Source: an uncultured Actinomycetes bacterium
GTDB lineage: Bacteria; Actinomycetota; Actinomycetes; S36-B12; CAIYMF01
Reading direction: 5' to 3'
Length of the DNA stretch: 32,000 bases
NCBI GenBank assembly: GCA_963843975.1
Contig: CAWJMG010000001.1
Coordinates: 780,001-812,000, forward strand
Under the pieces are notes generated by a model. The model was given only the letters and a program-made list of their open reading frames with translations, did not search any database and had not been told where the DNA came from. This document shows positions 26,243 to 32,000 of the stretch, piece after piece (the stretch's first letter is position 1; each line of letters begins with the position of its first letter). The position numbers and the translations under genes were made by a program.

Positions 26243-27109
26243 GTGAGCGACGCACCCGCATCCGACCTTCCCGTCATCGTCACGGGGGCGTCATCCGGCA
26301 TCGGCCTCGAGACCGCAGTCGGCCTGGCACGCGCCGGCGTCCGCGTGGTCGCGACGGTCCGCGACACCGGCCGCACCGAGGCCCTGGACACCGCCGCCGC
26401 AGCTGCCGGCGCGAGCCTCGACGTGCGCCGCCTCGACGTCACCGACGCGGCGTCGGTGGACGAGCTCGTGTGCGGCGTCGTCGGCACGTACGGCGGAATC
26501 CGCGGCCTGGTCAACAACGCCGGAGCGGCCCACCTCGGCACGGTCGAGCTCGACACGATGGAGGCCATCCGCGACACGTTCGAGGTCAACTTCTTCGGCG
26601 TCGTGGCGATGACGCGCGAGGCGATGCCGCACCTGCGCGCGAGCGGAGGCGTCGTCGTCACGATCTCGAGCGTCGGCGGCATCGTCGGCCAGCCGTTCAA
26701 CGAGGCCTACTGCGGAGCGAAGTTCGCCGTCGAGGGGTTCATGGAGGGGCTCGCTCCCGTGGCCGCGACGGTGGGCGTGCGCGTCGTCGTGGTCGAGCCG
26801 GGGGCGGTCGCGAGCTCGTTCGTCGCGAACGCGGGCGTCGACCCCGCCGCGATGATCGAGGCTGCCGGCTCGTACGGCCCGGCCGCAGGCGCCTACCTGC
26901 AGCGCACGGCGGGCGCGTTCGCGAACGCTCAGAGCTCGGCCGATGCCGCTGCCGTCGTGGTGTCCGCCGTCCTCGATCCGGCCACGCCGTTCCGCGTCCA
27001 GACCTCGCCCACCGCCACCGGCTTCGTCGGCCTGAAGCTGGCCGACCTCGACGGCTCTGCGGTGCAGGGCTTCACCAGCTCCTGGGTCGCACCCGCCTCG
27101 ACCGGCTGA
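26243..27109 (+). CDS. SDR-family oxidoreductase
   Basis: 288 aa with a GTG start, TGASSGIG, NNAG and catalytic S...YCGAK. Confidence 0.9.
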   Translation: MSDAPASDLPVIVTGASSGIGLETAVGLARAGVRVVATVRDTGRTEALDTAAAAAGASLDVRRLDVTDAASVDELVCGVVGTYGGIRGLVNNAGAAHLGTVELDTMEAIRDTFEVNFFGVVAMTREAMPHLRASGGVVVTISSVGGIVGQPFNEAYCGAKFAVEGFMEGLAPVAATVGVRVVVVEPGAVASSFVANAGVDPAAMIEAAGSYGPAAGAYLQRTAGAFANAQSSADAAAVVVSAVLDPATPFRVQTSPTATGFVGLKLADLDGSAVQGFTSSWVAPASTG

Positions 27110-27125
27110 CGCCTCAGGCGCTCCC

Positions 27126-28391
27126 TCAGCCGGTGGCGCGCGCGGCCTCCGGCTCGACGCGTTCCCCGGTCGCCGCGCGGACCTCGGCGTACGACTCGCG
27201 CCAGAGGAGCAGCAGAGGGATCGCGGCCCACGAGACGCCGATCCAGCCGAGCCACGGCACGGCGGTGCCGAGCTCGTGCCGCGGCCACGCCGTCCAGGTG
27301 AGGAGGTATGCCGCCAGGACGGAGAGACGGGTCGTGCGGGTGCTCGGCGGCTGCAGCAGGTGCAGGACGGCGGGCAGCACCAGCACGAGGTCGTAGCTGA
27401 GGACGTGCGGCGTGACAAGGCCGGTCGTCAGCGCGACGAGCGCCCAGACCGCGCTGACCGCTGCTGACGGCCCACGGCGTGCGACGAGGAGCAACGCCAC
27501 GACGAGCACCGCACCGAGGGCGAGGCCGAGGGCCTGGGCGACCGATCCCCAGGCGGGCGGCACGAGGGACACCAGCGCCGACGGGATGCCGTGCATCATC
27601 CAGCTCTGCCCGACCTGCACGACCTCGTGGTAGCGGTCGGAGGTGAGGGCGTCGAGCCAGTCGACGACCCCCTGCGGCCCCGCCGCGGCCAACGACAGTC
27701 CGACGACACCGAGGGCCGCCGCCGCCCACGCGGCGAGCGCCGACCACCGGCGCTGCACGAGCAGCACCAGCGGGACGAGCACGAACAGCTGCGGCTTCAC
27801 CAGGCCGAGCGCGAGCACGGCGCCGGCCGCCGGGTCGCGGCCGGCGTCGAGCAGGCGAAGGCCCGCCACCCAGATGAACAGCAGCAGCGCGGAGTCCTGG
27901 CCTCCGCCGACGAGCTCGAGGACCGGCTGGCTCGCCACGACGCCGAGCACCGCGAGCCGCCACTGCGCGTCGGAGTAGCCCGGCAGCAGGGGTCGCAGCA
28001 GCAGCATCGAGGCAACCAGCAGCACGATCGTGATCGCGGTCCAGAGGACGCCGCTGGCGACGTACGGCAGCGCGGCGAACGGCAGGTAGAGCAGGGCGGC
28101 TGCCGGCGGCGAGACGAACCACGCGAGGTCGGGGCGGCCGCCGGTGACGGAGTCCTGCAGCGCCTGCTGCACCGCGGGGTCGTAGAGGTCGGACGCACGG
28201 CCCTCGAGCAGGAGCCTGCCCCCGGTCCAGTGCGCGAACCAGTCGGGCTGGAACACCGTGCCGATCGCGGTCTCGGGCAGGTGGCCAAGCGCGACGTTGA
28301 GAGCGGCCGCGACGAGGCAGAGCCCGACCACGATCCACGCGACCACCCGGACGCGCGCGGGCGTCAGCAGGCCGTCGACGTACGCCGCCAC
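27126..28391 (-). CDS. Polytopic membrane glycosyltransferase (GT87/DUF2029-like)
   Basis: C-terminal 421 aa of track ORF 27126..28961. GTG 28391 has GAGGAGG 5 nt upstream. There are more than 8 hydrophobic segments, in a pattern typical of mannosyltransferase-like DUF2029 proteins. Confidence 0.7.
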   Translation of the reverse strand: MAAYVDGLLTPARVRVVAWIVVGLCLVAAALNVALGHLPETAIGTVFQPDWFAHWTGGRLLLEGRASDLYDPAVQQALQDSVTGGRPDLAWFVSPPAAALLYLPFAALPYVASGVLWTAITIVLLVASMLLLRPLLPGYSDAQWRLAVLGVVASQPVLELVGGGQDSALLLFIWVAGLRLLDAGRDPAAGAVLALGLVKPQLFVLVPLVLLVQRRWSALAAWAAAALGVVGLSLAAAGPQGVVDWLDALTSDRYHEVVQVGQSWMMHGIPSALVSLVPPAWGSVAQALGLALGAVLVVALLLVARRGPSAAVSAVWALVALTTGLVTPHVLSYDLVLVLPAVLHLLQPPSTRTTRLSVLAAYLLTWTAWPRHELGTAVPWLGWIGVSWAAIPLLLLWRESYAEVRAATGERVEPEAARATG

Positions 28392-28614
28392 CGCCGCCTC
28401 CTCGCCGTACGCCGTCCCGACACGTTGCGGCCGTAGTCTCCCCGATGGCGGCGCTGCGCGTGGGCCGCGGCCCCTCACACGCCCGGGGCCGCCCTGTGGA
28501 CAACGGCCCTCGTGAATGCCGCGCTTGTTGCGCTCTGAGCGACGAAGTCCCCTACCGGGCGAGGGCTTCGCCCATCGTCGCCCGACGGGGGCCCACCCGT
28601 CATCGCACACGCCG

Positions 28615-28646
28615 GAGGGCGGCACACCTCTCGGTGTGCCGCCCTC
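28615..28646 (-). terminator. Intrinsic terminator of clpC1
   Basis: Perfect 14-bp stem gagggcggcacacc/ggtgtgccgccctc with a 4-nt loop, 20 nt downstream of the clpC1 stop. Confidence 0.65.
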
Positions 28647-28665
28647 GGGCGTTGTTCGGGACGGG

Positions 28666-31209
28666 CTAGGCGGAGACGTCTCCGGCCGGGGCGGCCGGGG
28701 GCTCCTCCGGGCCGGCGCCGACGGCCTCGACGATGTCGTCGATGGTCGGCACCTCGGTCTTGAGCTCGCCGCGGAAGTTGAACTGCCGCTCCGCGCCCTC
28801 GCCCTCGACGTCGACCACGACGATCGAGCCCGGACGCAGCTCGCCGAAGAGGATCTTCTCCGACAGCGCGTCCTCGATCTCGCGCTGGATCGTGCGGCGC
28901 AGCGGACGCGCACCGAGGACGGGGTCGTAGCCCCGCTCGGCGAGGAGGTCCTTGGCCGCACGGGTCAGCTCGATGCCCATGTCCTTGTCGCGCAGACGCT
29001 GGTCGAGCTTGGCCACCATGAGGTCGACGATCGTGACGATCTCGTCCTGCGTGAGCTGGTGGAACACGACGATGTCGTCGACGCGGTTGAGGAACTCAGG
29101 GCGGAAGTGCTGCTTGAGCTCGTCGTTGACCTTCTGCTTCATGCGCTCGTACGACGACTTGGTGTCGTCGGCGTTGGAGAAGCCGAGCCCCTGGCCCTTG
29201 GAGATGTCCCGCGTGCCCAGGTTGGTCGTCATGATGATGACGGTGTTCTTGAAGTCGACGACCCGGCCCTGGGAGTCGGTCAGGCGACCGTCCTCCAGGA
29301 TCTGCAGCAGCGAGTTGAAGATGTCCGGGTGCGCCTTCTCGACCTCGTCGAACAGCACGACCGAGAACGGCTTGCGGCGCACCTTCTCGGTGAGCTGGCC
29401 GCCCTCCTCGTAGCCGACGTACCCGGGCGGGGAGCCGAACAGCCGCGAGACCGTGTGCTTCTCGGAGAACTCGCTCATGTCGAGCGAGATCAGCGAGTCC
29501 TCGTCGCCGAACAGGAACTCCGCGAGGGTCTTGGACAGCTCGGTCTTACCGACGCCGGAGGGGCCGGCGAAGATGAACGAGCCGCCAGGACGCTTCGGGT
29601 CCTTGAGGCCGGCGCGGGTACGGCGGATCGCCTGGGACAGCGACTTGATCGCCTGCTCCTGACCGATGACGCGCTTGTGGAGCTCGTCCTCCATGCGGAG
29701 CAGGCGCTGGCTCTCCTCCTCGGTCAGCTTGAAGACCGGGATGCCGGTGGCGGTGGCCAGGACCTCGGCGATGAGCTCCTCGTCGACCTCGGCCACGACG
29801 TCCATGTCGCCGGCCTTCCACTCGCGCTCGCGCGTGGCCTTCTCGCCGAGCAGCTGCTTCTCCTTGTCGCGGAGCGAGGCTGCCTTCTCGAAGTCCTGCG
29901 CGTCGATCGCGCTCTCCTTCTCGCGGCGGACGTCGGCGATGCGCTCGTCGAACTCGCGCAGGTCCGGCGGCGCCGTCATGCGACGGATGCGCAGGCGCGA
30001 GCCCGCCTCGTCGATGAGGTCGATCGCCTTGTCCGGCAGGAAGCGGTCGGTGATGTAGCGGTCGGCCAGGGTGGCCGCCGCGACGAGGGCCGCGTCGGTG
30101 ATCGAGACGCGGTGGTGCGACTCGTAGCGGTCGCGCAGACCCTTGAGGATCTCGATGGTGTGCGCGAGCGTCGGCTCCTGCACCTGGATCGGCTGGAAGC
30201 GGCGCTCGAGGGCGGCGTCCTTCTCGACGTACTTGCGGTACTCGTCGAGGGTGGTCGCGCCGATGGTCTGCAGCTCGCCACGGGCCAGCATCGGCTTGAG
30301 GATCGAGGCCGCGTCGATCGCGCCCTCGGCCGCACCCGCACCGACGAGCGTGTGCATCTCGTCGATGAACAGGATGATGTCGCCGCGGGTGCGGATCTCC
30401 TTGAGCACCTTCTTGAGGCGCTCCTCGAAGTCACCGCGGTAGCGGCTGCCCGCGACGAGGGCACCGAGGTCGAGCGTGTAGAGCTGCTTGTCCTTGAGCG
30501 TCTCGGGCACCTCGCCCTTGACGATCATCTGGGACAGGCCCTCGACGACGGCGGTCTTGCCGACGCCGGGCTCGCCGATGAGCACCGGGTTGTTCTTGGT
30601 GCGGCGGGACAGCACCTGCATGACCCGCTCGATCTCCTTCTCGCGCCCGATGACCGGGTCGAGCTTGCCCTCGCGGGCCGCCTGCGTGAGGTTGCGGCCG
30701 AACTGGTCGAGGACGAGGGAGGTCGAGGGGGTGCCCTCGGCCGGGCCGGCCGACTGCTGCGGCTCCTTGCCCTGGTAGCCCGACAGCAGCTGGATGACCT
30801 GCTGGCGGACGCGGTTGAGGTCGGCGCCGAGCTTGACGAGGACCTGGGCGGCGACGCCCTCGCCCTCGCGGATCAGGCCGAGCAGGATGTGCTCGGTGCC
30901 GATGTAGTTGTGGCCGAGCTGCAGCGCCTCGCGCAGGGACAGCTCGAGCACCTTCTTGGCACGCGGGGTGAAGGGGATGTGGCCGGACGGGGCCTGCTGG
31001 CCCTGGCCGATGATCTCCTCGACCTGCTGGCGCACGGCCTCGAGCGAGATGCCGAGGGACTCGAGCGCCTTGGCCGCGACACCCTCGCCCTCGTGGATGA
31101 GGCCGAGCAGGATGTGCTCGGTGCCGATGTAGTTGTGGTTGAGCATCCGGGCCTCTTCCTGGGCCAGGACGACGACCCGGCGAGCCCGGTCGGTGAACCT
31201 CTCGAACAT
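28666..31209 (-). CDS. clpC1: ATP-dependent Clp protease ATP-binding subunit ClpC1
   Basis: Start ATG 31209 ([13 protein letters not shown]...) with GAGGAGAG upstream. Duplicated Clp N-domain repeats, two AAA+ modules ([16 protein letters not shown]) and a UVR-like middle region. Confidence 0.97.
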   Translation of the reverse strand: MFERFTDRARRVVVLAQEEARMLNHNYIGTEHILLGLIHEGEGVAAKALESLGISLEAVRQQVEEIIGQGQQAPSGHIPFTPRAKKVLELSLREALQLGHNYIGTEHILLGLIREGEGVAAQVLVKLGADLNRVRQQVIQLLSGYQGKEPQQSAGPAEGTPSTSLVLDQFGRNLTQAAREGKLDPVIGREKEIERVMQVLSRRTKNNPVLIGEPGVGKTAVVEGLSQMIVKGEVPETLKDKQLYTLDLGALVAGSRYRGDFEERLKKVLKEIRTRGDIILFIDEMHTLVGAGAAEGAIDAASILKPMLARGELQTIGATTLDEYRKYVEKDAALERRFQPIQVQEPTLAHTIEILKGLRDRYESHHRVSITDAALVAAATLADRYITDRFLPDKAIDLIDEAGSRLRIRRMTAPPDLREFDERIADVRREKESAIDAQDFEKAASLRDKEKQLLGEKATREREWKAGDMDVVAEVDEELIAEVLATATGIPVFKLTEEESQRLLRMEDELHKRVIGQEQAIKSLSQAIRRTRAGLKDPKRPGGSFIFAGPSGVGKTELSKTLAEFLFGDEDSLISLDMSEFSEKHTVSRLFGSPPGYVGYEEGGQLTEKVRRKPFSVVLFDEVEKAHPDIFNSLLQILEDGRLTDSQGRVVDFKNTVIIMTTNLGTRDISKGQGLGFSNADDTKSSYERMKQKVNDELKQHFRPEFLNRVDDIVVFHQLTQDEIVTIVDLMVAKLDQRLRDKDMGIELTRAAKDLLAERGYDPVLGARPLRRTIQREIEDALSEKILFGELRPGSIVVVDVEGEGAERQFNFRGELKTEVPTIDDIVEAVGAGPEEPPAAPAGDVSA

Positions 31210-31259
31210 CTGCACTCTCCTCACACGAGCGGACGCGTTGCGACCGTTCTCGCAAGCCT

Positions 31260-31280
31260 AGCCCCGGGAGTCCCGGGGCT
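31260..31280. promoter_or_regulatory. Stem-loop in the clpC1 leader / divergent promoter region
   Basis: agccccggg-agt-cccggggct: 9-bp perfect stem, about 50 nt upstream of the clpC1 ATG. Its function is unknown. Confidence 0.3.
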
Positions 31281-31504
31281 CACCTCCGCAGAACCCGCCT
31301 GGCGCACAAGACGTTCCTTGCACCGTTACGCCCTCGGTGAACCGGGCCCGCCGCGCGGGGTCCGGGCGGCCCCCGTAGCGCCCGCCGGACGCACCCGGGA
31401 CCGGTCCGACGCGGACCGCCGAACCTTCGGCTCGCGCGGATCAGGGCCGGCGGCTCGGGGAGTCCTCCCACCCGGCGGGCCCGAGGTCCGACAGGATCGG
31501 CGCC

Positions 31505-32000
31505 ATGTCGGTCAGGCTGCGCCTCTTCCTCGCAAGCACGCTCATGCTGTTCACCGAGCTCATGCTCATCCGGTGGCTGGGCGCCAACCTGCTGCACCTG
31601 TCCTACTTCTCCAACATCGTGCTCCTGGGCTCCTTCCTCGGCATCGGTCTCGGCTTCCTGATCGCCAAGCCGGGCCGCGCCCGAGGCTGGTGGTTCGCCC
31701 CGGCCCTCGCCATGCTGCTGGTCGCCGTCCCGTTCATCCCGGGAGGCGTCGACCAGACCGGCAGCGACCTCATCTACTTCACGGCGGTCAGCACCGAGGG
31801 CTCGTGGCCGCCGGTGGTCACCCTGACGCTGGTGTTCATAGCGGTCGCCGCGGTGATGACCGGGCCGGCCGTCATGGTGGCCGAGTGCTTCTTCGAGCTC
31901 CCCCGGCTGGATGCCTACCGCTTCGACCTGCTGGGCAGCCTCGCGGGCACCGTCGCCTTCGCCGTGCTGTCGTACGCCGGCGCCGGCCCGATCGTGTGGT
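31505..32000 (+). CDS. Polytopic membrane protein resembling the N-terminal domain of spermidine-synthase-like proteins, partial (continues past the right edge)
   Basis: Own translation from ATG 31505: MSVRLRLFLASTLMLFTELMLIRWLGANLLHLSYFSNIVLLGSFLGIGLGF... High GC3 and no stop in the window. Confidence 0.6.
   Translation, partial: MSVRLRLFLASTLMLFTELMLIRWLGANLLHLSYFSNIVLLGSFLGIGLGFLIAKPGRARGWWFAPALAMLLVAVPFIPGGVDQTGSDLIYFTAVSTEGSWPPVVTLTLVFIAVAAVMTGPAVMVAECFFELPRLDAYRFDLLGSLAGTVAFAVLSYAGAGPIVW

Noticed and set aside
28457-28573. Additional small hairpins between the clpC1 terminator and the glycosyltransferase start (gcggcccc/ggggccgc and gggcga/tcgccc).
   Set aside because: The stems are short (6-8 bp) in GC-rich DNA, where such pairings arise readily. 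There is no supporting context for an sRNA or riboswitch.
1-32000. Searched by eye for tRNA or rRNA genes, CRISPR repeats, IS or transposase or integrase genes, and flanking direct repeats around the che-like cluster.
   Set aside because: None were found. Composition and codon bias of the che-like genes look the same as their neighbours, so recent horizontal acquisition cannot be claimed from this window.

Overview
High-G+C actinobacterial chromosomal segment, gene-dense, mostly conserved core genes. I found no tRNA, rRNA, CRISPR array, IS element or integrase. All calls rest on my own reading of the translations, with no database search. Left third, minus strand: a sugar-catabolic locus made of a Gfo/Idh/MocA oxidoreductase, a CUT2-type ABC transporter (ATPase, permease, lipoprotein binding protein), then an SDR, an SMP-30-type lactonase and a TIM-barrel isomerase. 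Next come scoA/scoB CoA-transferase genes and several small membrane or secreted hypothetical proteins. These are followed by a SAM methyltransferase, a DinB/mycothiol-type protein, a DUF3027 protein with an extreme acidic tail, a cold-shock protein and a YjbR-like protein. The conserved actinobacterial block radA-disA ... mutY ... clpC1 follows. Main hunt result: between disA and mutY lies an intact, translationally coupled CheB-CheR(TPR)-CheW module. The window contains no CheA, CheY or MCP, and the CheB receiver domain is degenerate. Immediately upstream of it is an 84-codon ORF in which serine occupies every third position for 23 consecutive triplets. Second result: four unrelated genes (binding protein, permease, oxidoreductase, GyrI-like) each carry a single +1 frame break. 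Two of the breaks sit in an identical 12-mer in the same codon phase, and all four restore a RAGCTC hexamer if one base is removed. This points to motif-biased assembly error, real pseudogenisation or, less likely, recoding. Smaller candidates are a 42-codon ORF between scoA and scoB and a 22-codon transmembrane ORF. Many long ORFs in the supplied track are GC-rich shadow ORFs or read-through fusions and were rejected.
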